A stretch of DNA of 64,000 nt from Klebsormidium nitens (GCA_000708835.1 DF237058.1:124001-188000), one strand, 5' to 3'; shown: positions 47,913-61,200, counted from the stretch's first letter. Translations and numbers: made by a program. The notes: generated by a model from the letters alone, not told the origin.

Positions 47913-49955
47913 TCAGGCCTGCTTGCGCTCCTTGAGGGCAAACACCTCAACCAGGCGCTTCTGGGCTCCCAATTGCAGGGTCTCGAGGATTCGCGGCTGT
48001 CCCGTCAGGTGTTCCACGAGTGCTGCAATTTGACCGGTGACGACTTTCAAATGATGGGGGCTAAAAGAATCGATTTAACAATTTGAGAGGAGAGGGGCTA
48101 AAAGAATCGATTTAACAATTTGAGAGGAGATGCAGGTCTTAGAAAGGAATACTGCTCAAATAACGATTGGAGTGAGCAAAACCAAGTTTTGACCAAAACG
48201 CGACTTGTTGGCAGACGTACATGCTGACATGAAGTCAAGGGAAGAGTCCAAAACACGGACAAGAATCAATTTCTCAAACTATGTCCAGTTGCTGAGCCGT
48301 TGATGCCTTCCATGAATAGAGGGTTGAATAGTGTCTCGTCATCGAAGAATATCAATTGAGCTTACATAAAGGATTGACCCGTGAGGAACACAGCCTCCCT
48401 CTCAAGTTTCGTAGGAGATGTCATTCTGGATGTCTCAAGAATGACTTCACTGGCAAAGACAGAACGTTCCCGGTACGTCACAGGAAACAGAGACGATGTG
48501 CAGGATATGACACGGGAAGAAACAGGACTGCAGAAGGGAATTAGACGTGCCATCTGTGTGCGTGTAACAGTTGTTCCGCACGAGGTGCAGCCTGGAGTCC
48601 CACTTATTGTGGAAGTCGACCGCCTCCTCGATGCTCCGTTTTGATTCGCCTACCAGCCAGCAGTTCTTCCGCGGTAGCCGGCTCAGCCGGGATTGACGTA
48701 AGATGCCTGGCAAAAGTGAAGGTTTCGGTGAGCCAAGAGAAGCAAGGAGATACAGCGACCATATGGAAGACCAATCAAGCTGGACATGCAACCCAATCCC
48801 GCAATTGAAACATGAAGGGATGTTTCTGGATCTGCGCAACGGATAGTGCAGCAAGCTTGTGCCCATGTTGAGAAAGGGCTAGAAGTATGTTGCAATAACT
48901 GTCAAACAATCCTTGCAGCACCTAAACAGGAGAGCCTCTCAGGAGTGCGCTTTGTCATACTCACACGAGTCAACATACTTGGGAACATACAGCCCAGGCC
49001 TTTCTTGCGAGATGATTGACGCTTTACCTGGGGACGTTCTGCCAGTCAGCAGCGTGAAGCAGACGCTGGGGCTCTCGGGGTCCACTGGCCGGAAGTCAAA
49101 GCAAACACACTGTGCAGAACAGATGCACGTCAGAGTCCTTTTGGAAGGTTCATATGCCCCGTAGGAACCGAAACAGCAATCTGCACGATTCACAAGGCTA
49201 CCAATGATCTCAAGGCAAACAATGAGCGGAGTCAAAATGTTTCAACAAAGTTGAGCTAGATTGTTTGTACTTAAAGAGCCTTCTAGGTACGTCAAGACTA
49301 CTCGCACATAGAAACATTTTTCGCAGCTTTGAAGCTCCATCATAATTTTAAGGCTGTCCCATCCAACACTGGGGGTTAGCCTCCCAAGCTGGTGCGCCCT
49401 GGAGCTTACCTTCCCATCAGGCCCTTCCACCAGCGTCATTGCATGCTCCATCCGCTGCTTGAAGGCAACTCGTGTGAAATCAACCGCTGCCGCCAGGATT
49501 CCATTGGGGAGGTCCAGTGGAACCAGAATAATGTACACCCGTAGACCACCTGAGCCTGCCGGGGTTTTGGCGCCGTTATTTTCTTCTGCATGCTCAGGGA
49601 TTGTATCTACTGCATCCAGAGTGGCTGCTGAAACCTTGACTTGTCTGGTTGTGCTGGCCAGAATTTGGTGTGCTTTTCTTGCTGTTTTAGAAACCTTTGA
49701 GTTGCCCAAAGGAACTCCTTCAACACGCCTGCCCGAGAATGCCCCGGGCCATAAATTGGCCAAATGTGCATAAGAGTTGGCTTTGAATGTGCGAGCGTGC
49801 CGAGAGACCGAATCTTGGTGAAGTGCACGAGCTACTGCTAGCTGTGAGCTTGTTGAATGCAGATTTGCTGCGGATGGAGAATGCTGACCACCACGTATAT
49901 GCCCAGTGTCTGAATATAGGAGGCCTCGGACCTTTTCAACTGTAGCGCACGCCAT
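47913..49955 (-). CDS. PPPDE/DeSI-like permuted papain-fold protein with probable plastid transit peptide, 4 exons, 297 aa
   Basis: Exons 49410-49955, 49028-49109, 48551-48706 (GC donor), 47913-48022. Motifs EHAMTLVE, FDFRPVDPE, CWLVG, LHLVRNNCYTHTDALVEHLTG resemble an uncharacterised plant family and the PPPDE NNC..L...LTG motif. Confidence 0.75.
48057..48130. repeat. Perfect 37-bp tandem duplication in the last intron, upstream of the acceptor
   Basis: ggggctaaaagaatcgatttaacaatttgagaggaga at 48057-48093 and 48094-48130. Confidence 0.95.
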
Positions 49956-50559
49956 TGGAGGACTGATTATATAGGGGGACCAAGAGGCTGCATTGACCTG
50001 CAGGGCTCGCCTCGTCTAATTGCCCCCCCACCGCCCAGCGCCCCTGCGGCTGGCTGCTGCAGGCAGCTCTGAGAGTGATATCCTGATCTTCAACTTCAAG
50101 CAAAGGAGGGAGGAGGTTCTATTAAAATTACTGGTTGGAGTCTGGACGAATAAATTACCCTACATTGACAAAGTACAAAGGCCCATTATTGCACCCATAC
50201 GCCGATGCTTCTCTGAGGTGGATGGGCCGCGGCGCATGACGGCGCACAACGACAGAGCTCCTTTCTTCGTAAAAAACTTGCCTATTTCAAATGATAATAC
50301 AGGACTATCGATAGTAGATATCAGGTCGCCTATGACGACAAACGTAGGAAATCTTGGAAGAGTTGCCTCTCACACGAGGCCGGACAAAGAGAAGTGCACC
50401 ATGTCATGATGTGCTTTCTTCCACGTTCGTCGTCGTTTGCAACATTCTACTACTAGAGTCTAGGATAGACGCCATTCTTTTTCCCTTCTTCTTTCTCCCT
50501 TCAGAATCTAAGTTCAAGTTCAGTCTTCGTTCTTCCGAGTTTTATCACCAAAGGCGACA
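49956..50559. promoter_or_regulatory. Putative bidirectional promoter (PPPDE-like / RAF1)
   Basis: 604 bp between divergent ATGs. Confidence 0.5.
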
Positions 50560-52424
50560 ATGCAGGCAGCCACAGCTCTGAGCAGGGGTCCTCTCGCAGG
50601 GCCTTCCTCATTCTCCCACAGAACCACCACCTCATCAGAAGTCTCTCAACTCCGCATTCCGTCCAGCCGACTCCCCTTCTCGCAGCCCTTCTCCTTCCCA
50701 AGCAAAATCCAGAATGGCCACCGGTGGCTTTGCCAGGCAGCGAATGAACCCAGCCTATACCAGCCGTTTAGACCACCCCCATCGGTTGCACCACCAGAAG
50801 AGGAGACTGTGCAGGGTACCAAAGAAGAGATGCTGCAGAGGCTAACTGAGAGGATGGGTTTGTGGCATGAATGGGCACCACTTATCTCGCTCCTGCAGAA
50901 ACAAGGCGTGAGCCCCAAGGAGATTGATGAGGTGACGGGTCTGACAGGGGTGGAGCAGAACATGACGGTGGTTGGTGCGCAGGTGAGAATTGGTCAGATG
51001 CAGCAGAGATCCAAAAGCCAAGGGAATTGTCAAAAAGGTGCATACCTGCATGAGCAGAGGAACAGTTGCTGTTATTATTCAAGAGGTGGTCACAGCACGG
51101 TAAGGGTCTGGCTTGACAGTTTCGAGAAAAACTTTGGACACTTCAACATCGCCGCTGCTGGGGAACCAGCGAATGTTGAGACAATCATTCAGAAGTTTCC
51201 TTTGGAACTACTAGATTGAATTGCCGGCATGGACGTGGCTTGATTTTGAGAGAGAGCCTGAAGGCATCAATCTAGATCTTGAACCTGTCTAGTTCGTCTC
51301 AAAGAGGATTAGGATTTACTACAAGCGGCAGGCTCTTGTTCCAGAGAGTGGAGTTGCTCAACTGTGCTTCTCCCGCTTTCATACGAAAAGCTACCATGGT
51401 GCATGGGCCAGCTAATCTAGTACTTTGACTGACATGTCAAGAGTTATGTCGAACTAAGAGAGTACCAAACATTTCTCCTTGTCATGCACCACCACTAGGA
51501 AAAGCAGAATTGACAGCACAAAATTCTCTCCCTCTGCAGGTTTACAAGTCCCTGGGCGCTCAGGGCTTCCCTGAGGATCAGCTCCGCTTCTTTGACATCG
51601 CCGGCTCCGGAGTTCTATACGAGCTGCGTGTTCTGGCCGTCAACCAGAGGCGTAGCGCTGCAGAATACATCATTGATAACAACCTCGACGCAAAGGGGGT
51701 CCGGGAACTAGCCAAGGCAATTAAGGACCACGAACGGAAGCGGGGGGGCGAGGGCCGTGACGCTTTCACACAGGCCCCTGGGGATGCAATGGCTTTCGCT
51801 TTCTATAGAAATGCGAAGGAGGCGAGGAGCGAACAGGAGAGGGAGAGTCTATTGGAACAGGGATTGAGCGTGGTAGTCACGGAAGCGGGCCGGAAGAAAC
51901 TGGAGGAGCTGCTGATCAAGAACAAGGACGTGAAGAAAAGCGTGACGGCGCGGTTGCAGCTTGTGCGCCTGCAGAGGGACGAGACGACGCCCCGCGCAAT
52001 TCCAGTGGTCGGGGCTCTGTCCGAAGTTTCGGCGGCCGATGTTGAAGCGGCTCCTGTCGCTCGGACGGACACGCTCTTCCCGATTTTCACGACCACGGGG
52101 CATGGGAAGTGGGTGGCGGTTCCAAGCTGGACGGCAATCAGCGAAGCGCAGGCTCCGGTCGGGATTTTGCATCCGGACGCCAAGACACTGCCCGGCGATG
52201 CCGGCGCACGCACGTCTGGAGGACCTGCGTTGGTGGTAGTGAATAGGAACGATAGAGCGTTGTCGGATGAGCATTACTACCTTGTTGAGAAGACAGGTGA
52301 ACCGGGCCTCGCGCTTATCCAGGGGTCAGATGCAGATGCTTCAGGCCAGGTGCTTGGACGGGTTGTCGTGGCTGTACGGCCGCCGTCCAAGAACGAGGAG
52401 ATCGAGGAGATCGACTGGGTCTAA
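50560..52424 (+). CDS. RAF1: Rubisco accumulation factor 1, plastid-targeted, 2 exons, 435 aa
   Basis: Exons 50560-50982 and 51540-52424. Motifs LYQPFRPPPS, WHEWAPLISLL, TGLTGVEQN..VVGAQVYKSL, LYELRVL, ELAKAIKD, FTQAPGDAMAF, VVVAVRPP. Confidence 0.93.
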
Positions 52425-52949
52425 AGATGCGTTGGAACAAATCAGCCAAATTTTGTAGCCTGAGTAGAGTTGACCTGAACATAGGAGATATGATGCGTTG
52501 ACAAATCAATGTCAGGTGGCATGGCGCTTCCCTAGGCATGTTATCTTATGGGAATACCGTGTGAGAGCGCAGAATCAGGACGGAAGATTTGTTCTTCCGC
52601 TTGCAACCCGTTCCACTTAGCTGTGTCAATGTTGGAATGGGAAAGCATCTTACGGTTGATCGAGTCTTACGTTAAGCCCATGCAATTCCATGCAGACCAG
52701 CTCCAGTTCTAGAGCAGCCGCGGTGGTCAGAACCACTTGCAGCGTTTCCATCACCGCTTACAATCAATCACGTGCGCTCCAGGAGCTCTCAATTGCGGCT
52801 GGAGAAAACAAGTACAGAATCACATATTCCACATGCCGACCACTTACATGTGAGCCGGGGGAGGCTGTTTACCGTATGTGTCAGATCAAATTCGTCGGAC
52901 TGCGCCTGATTGTCCAAGACACAATGATGCAATATACTCGCGCACTACA

Positions 52950-53400
52950 GTCCAACAAACCATTCAAGTACCGACTCAAGTGTATGAATCATTCGAGCTA
53001 GTTACAGACGCAAATTCACGCGCAAGCTGTGGAATCGATCGATGCTGGACACAACTACCAATGCAAGCACAAGCAATTAGAACTTAATATGGTGTATCGG
53101 ACATTGCTTGACTTAATGGAATTCAGACGGTATAGGCCTGACGCTTCGCCGCCTCAGCCTACATTCTGTGCAGCAACTTCCTTGCAGTAGCTCAAGCTCC
53201 ACGACATGCATAAGGACCTAAGTGAATTGCTACATCAGCCCAACTAGTGATGCCCGAGGCATTAGGGTCATATAGAAATCAGTCCGACCAGCATGACTGG
53301 TCGAAAATACTAAATTGACCGTTGCAAATGATGTTCACCTAGATTGATCTCTGGACCTGAGGTAGGACTGGCTTGCAGAATTGCTTCGCTTGCAGTATAC
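52950..53400. other. Palindrome-containing intergenic island between convergent 3' ends
   Basis: atcgatcgat 53034-53043; cgaccag-catga-ctggtcg 53285-53303. Confidence 0.4.
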
Positions 53401-53517
53401 TCTTCTTTCGGAGGCCCGAACATGTCTCGCGTATTCTAATAGCCAACGAATCCAGCGGGCATGCAGCACTGTCTAATTCCTCCTGCATCGTGATCTCTAG
53501 GAAGCATCTCTAAGATC

Positions 53518-56500
53518 TCAACTGACGGAGACGTCTCCTTGCGGCTTACGCCCCTTGGCCAACACCACATCTATCGTAGCGAGATCTTCGCCGTCCAACT
53601 CAAATGTAAACAGCCGTCGATGATCCTCCACGTGGTTGGCGTTCCGGGCCCCAATGATTATTGCCGCGACTGTGGGCCGTTGGAGGACCCACTTGGACGA
53701 GACGTTTGCAACGTCAGTCGAGTGCTTGTCAGCGATGGAGCGAAGACACGTCAGCAGCTCTTGCAGCCAATCCCAGGAGCCCACCTGAGAAAAAAGGTGA
53801 ACGGTCTTATGGGATCGAAGGGCGATCTGATGAACGAAGCTACAAGTGCGGAAACGGACAATCTCAATAGAAGCGCTTGCGATAATTCCTGACATGTAGC
53901 AAATGGCTTCGCGAACGTTCCGAGTCTGCAACGAGAGTTCTGGGACGAGGTACAGCACACAAAAAAATGACGAGGAGAAGGGCAAATTGCTGCCGCCAGA
54001 AGGACCAAATGAGCACTTAATGCATTAAGGTAACCGCAACACCGATCCACATGACTTCTTGACGGTCTCCGCCATCATCTTTGTTCGTCCTTCGCTCGGT
54101 GCATATGGTTTACCTAACCTTGGCATCATTCTTAGCGGTCCATTTGGTCCACCTAATCTTGACACCAAATCTAGAATCAAGTTCTTGTCCAAAGAGCTCA
54201 CCCTTCCCAGCGTGTTGGCATATTTCTGGAGGCTGTACGTGTTGATGGTCTTGGATGCCTGATCGGCGGACACTCCCAAGTATCTGCAAGATCAGCGTTC
54301 GGAAGGGTGTGAATGCGAGCAACCCGCTGTACGAAAAGCGTACGGAGGGGCAAGCTCGGTCGATCGAAGTGCGATCCTGAACGAACCAGAAACGGGGTCG
54401 CAAAGACAAACAGAAGGACCGAGGCGACTCAAAAAACCGACATTGCATTGAAAGGGATATATCGAGGTGAGTATGCGGCCACGTGTGAGCAGAAGAGGAC
54501 GGTACCTATCATTGTTGGAGCCCCGCAAAAGCAACTTGCAGAGACGAGCCTGTCCGGAGTGCTTATGACTTGGCAAGGTCCATGGCGGCTCTTCTTAGTA
54601 CATCGGACAGTTTGAATTCACTACGGAAACCTCTTTGGTGTGCATGAGCTGGCGGATACTCTTGAGCAAAAGCGGTTATCCAGACGTAGTCCAAATCAGA
54701 AAGTATTTATGGACAACCTTGGGAACAAAGCAACCGCCAAGCTGCGTAAAACCTACGGAAACCCACCACTTGAGAACCATGTTTCGCTCACTTTCTCCCG
54801 TAGACTGCACGTCTTTCCTCCACAAACCATTCAGCAAAAAGGAGAAAAGCTGGCCGCTCACTTGTCGGTCAAAAAGCCCCCCCCGACAGTTCCGAAAGGC
54901 AGCAGGCTGATGTCGTGCTTCTGACAGAAGTCGACCAGGCCGTTCTCGGGCCGTCGGTCCAAGAGCGAGTATTGCACCTGCATCAAACGTGCACACCGAT
55001 TTTTCAGCACAGAACATCGCCCTGTCGTTTGCGGCACAGTGTAAAAGGCGCCGTACGATATGATTGAATGAGAGCGAGCGGAAGGAGGGTCAGAACGTGC
55101 TGCGGCAATGTGTATCAAGGTAGAAACGTTTTGCTCGGCACTGTGCAAAGTGCTTCCTAGTTCCATTTCCAGCTGTCTCAAGACCTGCTGTTCCACAAAG
55201 AGACGTGTAATTGTCAAGCAAACTTCAACAATATGTAATGCAAAGACCAGCCCGCTTTCTGGATCAATTGAATAGATTGAAGATAGATAAGAGACGGATA
55301 GCAAGGAAGCACCTGGTTGGCCGCGATTTTGACGCCCGCCGAGACCATTTCCTCAAGCTGCTTTGTGGCGAGGTTGGTGACTGCCACTGCCCGAATCTTG
55401 CCCTTTTCCTGGACGAAGAAAGGACCTGTAAGTCCACGACCCGTCTCCGAGATCTCAAGATTCCAAAGATGCACGGCAGCTCTTGTGCGAGAAAGTCTAG
55501 CGTCTGTCGTCGCTTGCCAGGGTGAAAGCCTCCGGTTCTCTACGAGGTGTGGGTGTCTATGTAAGTTTATGTCCAAGGTGTGGGTGTCTACATGCGTTTA
55601 CTTAAGCGCTGCAACAGCAAACCATTCTTTCCAAGACTTGTGGTGAGTGCCCGTTTAACAAGCCCTGCTTGTTGGGCAAGATTATAAGAGTGCATTCTGA
55701 AGTCTTCAAAAGGCAGTCTATTTTCAGAATGCTTCGAAGCAGCGTTTGGCTGCCAGTTTTCGGAAGATGTCCAGAACAAATGGCTTGATCAGACCGCAAC
55801 CTGTGCTTCATTGCCTCAATCCTTATGCGGGTCAAGGGCAGAAACGCGAACCACTGGTCGAAACGTGAACCACAACCTGTCTTCGCCTTGAAAACGGCCT
55901 TCCTTACCTGAAGCGCTTGGAGCGCCTGCGCTGCTTTCACATAGTTGCGCACCGAATAGTCTTGCCAGTACATCTGAACTAGATCGAGGGAGTCCACCCC
56001 CAGGTGCTGGCGAGAGAGATCGATCTTTTGCTCCACGGCCTGGAGGCTCACGTTCTGCTGAGAGCTTCCAAAGAAGCAGCACTTGGTGAAAACCTGCACA
56101 GGGGGACGGCTGCAGCGGGTCTGGTAAACTTGGCAGATAAAAGCGAATAATAAGGGCAATAAACGTGCGATGATAAGTGCGATGAAAAACACGAATGATG
56201 AGGGCAACGAGAGATTGGATCCCTCAACGTCATTTGTTTACATGGCTCCGACTGCGGGGAGCCCCCACTAAAGACTTGAGATTTGGTACGAGTCTAATCT
56301 GCCAGGCCCTGCGTGAATAGGAACAAAATCTCCGGACCACGTCTCGATCTTTCGATTGTAAGGTGAAAGTCAAGAGCGCTGACCAGTCGAGCCAGAAAAC
56401 TCCGAGCGTGCAGTCCATCTCTTCTCCACAAAAAGCCTTGTACGTATTCTGACGCCTCTTCAGTGAAACAGGTTGTGACGCTGAAGTGTTCAGGTGCGCT

Positions 56501-57761
56501 TTCAAAAGGCAGCCCCAACGCGAAATGATAAAATCCAGAAGGCTGCGCTAGGTTTCGGATGTGATTTCTCTTTTAGATAGGTCAGTCTGAAAGGACCACA
56601 AAGAAAAGCTGTCTTTCGTGGACGACAAAAGCGTCAAAGCATATCTGTTGATGAGCATGCAAACACGAGAGGCCTGATCCCTAAACGTTCAAAGCATACA
56701 CATATATAGAAGGGCGAAAGGTTCTTACTCTTTCGTTTTACGCAAGTAGTCCCCTATGAGGGACTCGGAGGGGCCGTAGATATCGGCGGTGTCAAACGTT
56801 GTGATCCCAGCATTGACAAATGGCTGGAAATCTTCGACCGCTGCTTTGCCGGTGGTCCGATCGGTGCTGCGGTCGCCCCTGTGACCACCTGGAGAAAAGC
56901 ACCGAACCAGACAATGTCACTATGACGTCAGCAGATGCAAACTTCTGCAAGGCTAGACCAGACGATTTTCTAACACTGGCAGAAGCAGCTCCACTTTGAC
57001 GTACTGGCGCCTATTATTGTTCCTCAAGGGCCGCCAAACCCCTTTTGCTGTACATCCTTTCAATGGCAAACTTAGTAGGTGCAGACCGCTGGATAGTCAG
57101 TACTCTGTTCGCAGTCCAAAAGAAACAAGACCTATCAGGCATAGCCCTGCTTCTCTCTTCCTTTTGTCATCATGTCTTCCCTTCATCAACAAAGATACAG
57201 ACCTTTGTTAGTATCCGAACTCGAAAACAGGAACTTGGAACCCTTGCTAAAAACCATTGAAGCTGCCTCATCGGGGGCGTTCACATTACCAACTAACATA
57301 TGACTAATGCAGGTTGCCTCCACAAAGTATAACCCACCTGCCAGCTGCCAGCAGCCCTTGATGACAGCAGACGGTGCCAAACCTGGTGCAATCTCCTTCC
57401 CAATTGGAACCTTTGGCAGGGTGCTTGCATCAGCACCTTCCGCTGCTGAGGCACTTGGACCTTCTGAAGATGCCATGGCTACTGCCAAGCCAGTCCCCAC
57501 GAGAAGCTTTCTTCTGCTTGGATTGACCACTGCCTGGATCCGACTTTCCAGATGGTTCTCCTGAGGCTGCAGAGAGTGTGGTGGCTCGCTGGAAGTGTAG
57601 CGCGGCTTTGCAGAGCTACATGCATGAAACAGACGGTGCGGGCGGCGAGTTTGCAATGCTGTGGCCTGGAATCTTTGACACCTACCAAAAGCTGGGCCAA
57701 TGCTGGCAAACCCCCTGGCAGCCGATGCTGATGCGCAGCTGCTGACCGCTGGTGCTGCCAT
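53518..57761 (-). CDS. Aldo/keto reductase (At2g27680/RSP5-like group) with bipartite plastid + twin-arginine-like N-terminus; C-terminal end unresolved
   Basis: Exons 57338-57761, 56729-56888, 55908-56109, 55313-55408, 54862-54977, 54202-54283, ~53518-53784. Motifs GCWQLAGG, TTFDTADIYGPSE, VFTK, LDLVQMYW, GKIRAVAVTN, NQVQYSLLDRRP, IIIGARN. Confidence 0.9.
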
Positions 57762-58254
57762 TCTTTGCAATCCTTGCAGATTTCAGTGAGCAGGACTCTT
57801 CTGTTCAGTGCTTCGTCATGCTGAGGAGCACTTAAATTACGTAAGATTGGGTTTCCCGACGACACCCGTCGCTTAACCTGAAAAGGTGGCCTGCCAGCCC
57901 TTGCCGTTGCACTCCCGGTTTTCGAATATGGATTGGGTTTGAAACGAGTTTCTTTCCCAATTCAGAAAAGCCGTCGTGTCCCGGTACAAGCGCTGTCCAG
58001 AGACTAACTTGGAAGAACTTGGTTAGTCAAAACCCTCGCTGCTGACTCAGTCCGGCCACTCTGCGCACTCACGAATTTTCTAGCCTGTTTCTAGGCAGAG
58101 TCGAGCTAGCTGGACAATTTTCCAGTTTGCAGTCTGCAGCTGGCCAGCGCCTCCATTTGTGGCAAAGAAGAGGACTGCAGGAGGGTGCTAAGTTGCAAGG
58201 CTAAGAGAAGGGCCGTCCATCGTCAAATCGGAGCTCAGCACATTGCGCAGGCCA
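57762..58254. promoter_or_regulatory. Putative bidirectional promoter (AKR / enoyl-CoA isomerase)
   Basis: 493 bp between divergent ATGs. Confidence 0.5.
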
Positions 58255-61200
58255 ATGGCGGTGCATTTGGAGAAAGATGGGGATGTCTTTGTCCTCCGGT
58301 TGGTGGGGGAAGGAGAGCACAGGTGAGGGAATTCCTCTGATGATGATTTTGCAAACTGAGAGTGATAAGCTCACCAGCATGGAATTACAGGTTTAATGCT
58401 TCTCCAAATACCCACAGCTGGTGCGACATAGGCGCGTTGCTCTGGCTGAACATCTGGACCAAAAGCTTTGAAAAGTAGCGGCTTGGAAGAGGTGCAACCT
58501 TGCTGGCATTCTCATGCACCTTTACTTTCTGCATCCAGGTTCAACCCCACATCCATGGCAGCAATCCATAAAGCACTTGATGAGGTGAACTCCCAGCCCC
58601 CGTTCACAACCACCCCCAATACATGCCATAGGATTGTTTAAGGGGTCATAACGGAGTGGTATGCTGACATCCTCAGCTTTCACAGATTTAGTACATGAAT
58701 AAAAGATGTTGAGAAGTGGAACTATAGGATCACTTCATCTTTAAACGGATAACAGCAAGGTGTAGGATGAATCAAGAGTGAGCCGCCCCTTCAACTATAC
58801 AAATCACATACTCAAAGGTTCAAGAAGGGAAAGCCTGCTAGTATAGAACTTATGATATGATTGAGCTGGAAACCTACAATCAGGAATCTCTGATGGACAC
58901 CACTCATAATCTGCAGGTGGAGAAATCTGAAGGCCATGTCGCCCTCGTAACCACCAATGATGGAAGATTCTTCTCTAATGGGTTGGACCTTGCCTGGCTA
59001 CAGAAGAATCCAACACAGCTCCTGGTGAGTTGACGTGTTTTGTCTCTGGTCAACCGCACTTGCTCAACAGCTCTGCAAGCCACGAGAGGGCAGTTGCTTT
59101 GACTTCTTTCTTCCTTGAAAATCCTCTGAGATTCATGGTGGAGGTGAAGGCCTACGACTTGAACAGATAGAAAAGCATTGAGAGACTTCAGCTGTGGCTA
59201 ACTCTCTGCTGTATACCTGCAGTCCTTCATGCAATCCTTCATGGAACTGCTCTGGCGCGTTCTCCACTTCCCTGTGCCGACAGTTGCAGCTATCAAGTAG
59301 GTGACGCTTTGTCATCCTACATGCTTGTTCCCAAACTGACCATCTCTTGCATGGGTGAAAAAAGCCTCTGGCTCTCAAGAATTTTGAAGACTGACCGTGA
59401 AGATACACGACGTTTCTTTATGAATTGCTGTTGGTGTCTTGATTCTTTTTTATTCTCGATTTGGGTATGCTCAAAATGAGATCTCGTCCCTCATCATGAA
59501 CCACCAAAAGAGAGAGTCAGCAAGGAATCTCCGAAGCTGAAACACTTGTCAAGTAACAACTCTGGCAGACATTATAATGCTGGTGTTTGTTGTGAAATAG
59601 ACCTTGCCATGGATATTCATGCGGCATAAGTTGTAACCCAACTTTGGCAACGGATATCCATACTAGTCGAGTTCTCATAACCTTGTACTTTCATTGTTTC
59701 ATGCTGGTCTATTATGTTTGACCTGCTTTTTCCATTCTTTTTATGCTGGTTTAGTACCCTGATCTTTCCTTTCTCATCGTAGCATGCTGACTCTAGGCGT
59801 TTATCTGCAGTGGCCACGCAGCGGCTGGCGGCTTCATGCTTGCTCTCGCTCACGACTACCGGGTAATGCGCACGGACAAAGGCGTGTTGTATCTAAGCGA
59901 GGTGAGGGAGGTTCCACTTCGGTTTCTCTTTGCGCAAAGTGCTTCAGATGTTCTGGACAGAATGATTCGCGTATGTGTGATTCTTAAGAGCGATGCTGCC
60001 TCACAGAGATCACGTAAACGCTCGATGACGGAAGGATCGAGATGTCAAACATTCAGAGACCGAACGGCTGCGCGTTGCCTAGGCTCTCACACGTGATGAA
60101 GTCCGTTTGGATAAAGCGAGGTAATCTGGCCCCCACAGATCGACATCGGGAATGGTCTTCGTCCTGGAACCTGTGCCTTAGTGCGGTGTAAAATGTCCCC
60201 TTCGGTCTTTCGAACGGCTGCCCTTTTTGGGTGAGCCGTTCTTCCCCGTGTTTTCTTTCCCCCGTGAATCTGCAGCAGTCTGGTTGCTTTTGCAGGTTGA
60301 TATCGGGCTCCCACTGACCCCCGGCATGAATGCCATTGTGCGGTGTAAAATGTCTCCTTCCGTTTTTCGAAGCGCCGCTCTCTTCGGGTGAGGACTGCAT
60401 GCCGCATGTTCTGCAGTAGCTGGCTGCTTTTGTCGAATATCCTTTTCGAGAATTGCATTGTGAAAGCAACTACTCGCTCAAGGTCCAAAAAATCGATCGA
60501 CGGGTTGGTTTTGACTTTTGGAAGTCATTGGGCATGAGGGAAAACCGTTTGTCCTGTCAGATTTCGCCACGGGAAGGCTTTGCAGACTTGACCCTGCATC
60601 TTTTCCTGTTGCAGGACGAAGTTCAACGGTCGAGATGCGCTCAAGTCTGAACTGGTGGACGAGACTGGGGAAAACATTGAGGCGACCCTTGCTGCGGCCA
60701 TGACAAAGGCGAAACAGCTGGCCGCGCGAAAGTGGGAGCGAAGCGTCTACAAGTCACTGAAGGTCCGTTTTTGGCACCGGATGACCTCCTTCTATCATCG
60801 GAATTCTCTGGCTTTGCGATCGTAAGAATGTCTCCTTTTTATGCTGTTTCACTCTCCCGAGGAAGGCCGGCTTGGCGAGGAAGCAGTCTGATGAAACGCA
60901 ATCTCAAACGGTTCTTTCCAGACGGTGTTCGTGTCACGGATGTTACGGATATCCGAAGCCGTACCAATTCGAAGCGAACGTGAGGCTTGTGAAAAAGGTG
61001 GACAGGCTCCGCACTTGGGCACCGACTGTAAGCGTTGGATTGGTCCGCCCGGTATAAGCGCTCTTTTGTGCTGTTCAAAACAAGTCTAATCAATCCGTGT
61101 TGAACTGTAATCTGCATAACCTACCGCTTCAGAGCCCCCAAGCTTGGCCAGGAGAAACGGTCTTCTATGCTAGAGATCCAATTTGCCCAGCTAGAGTGCT

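Noticed and set aside
52500-53520. A further terminal exon for the aldo/keto reductase
   Set aside because: Several acceptors were tried and none gave a family-like C-terminus, so the end is left unresolved.
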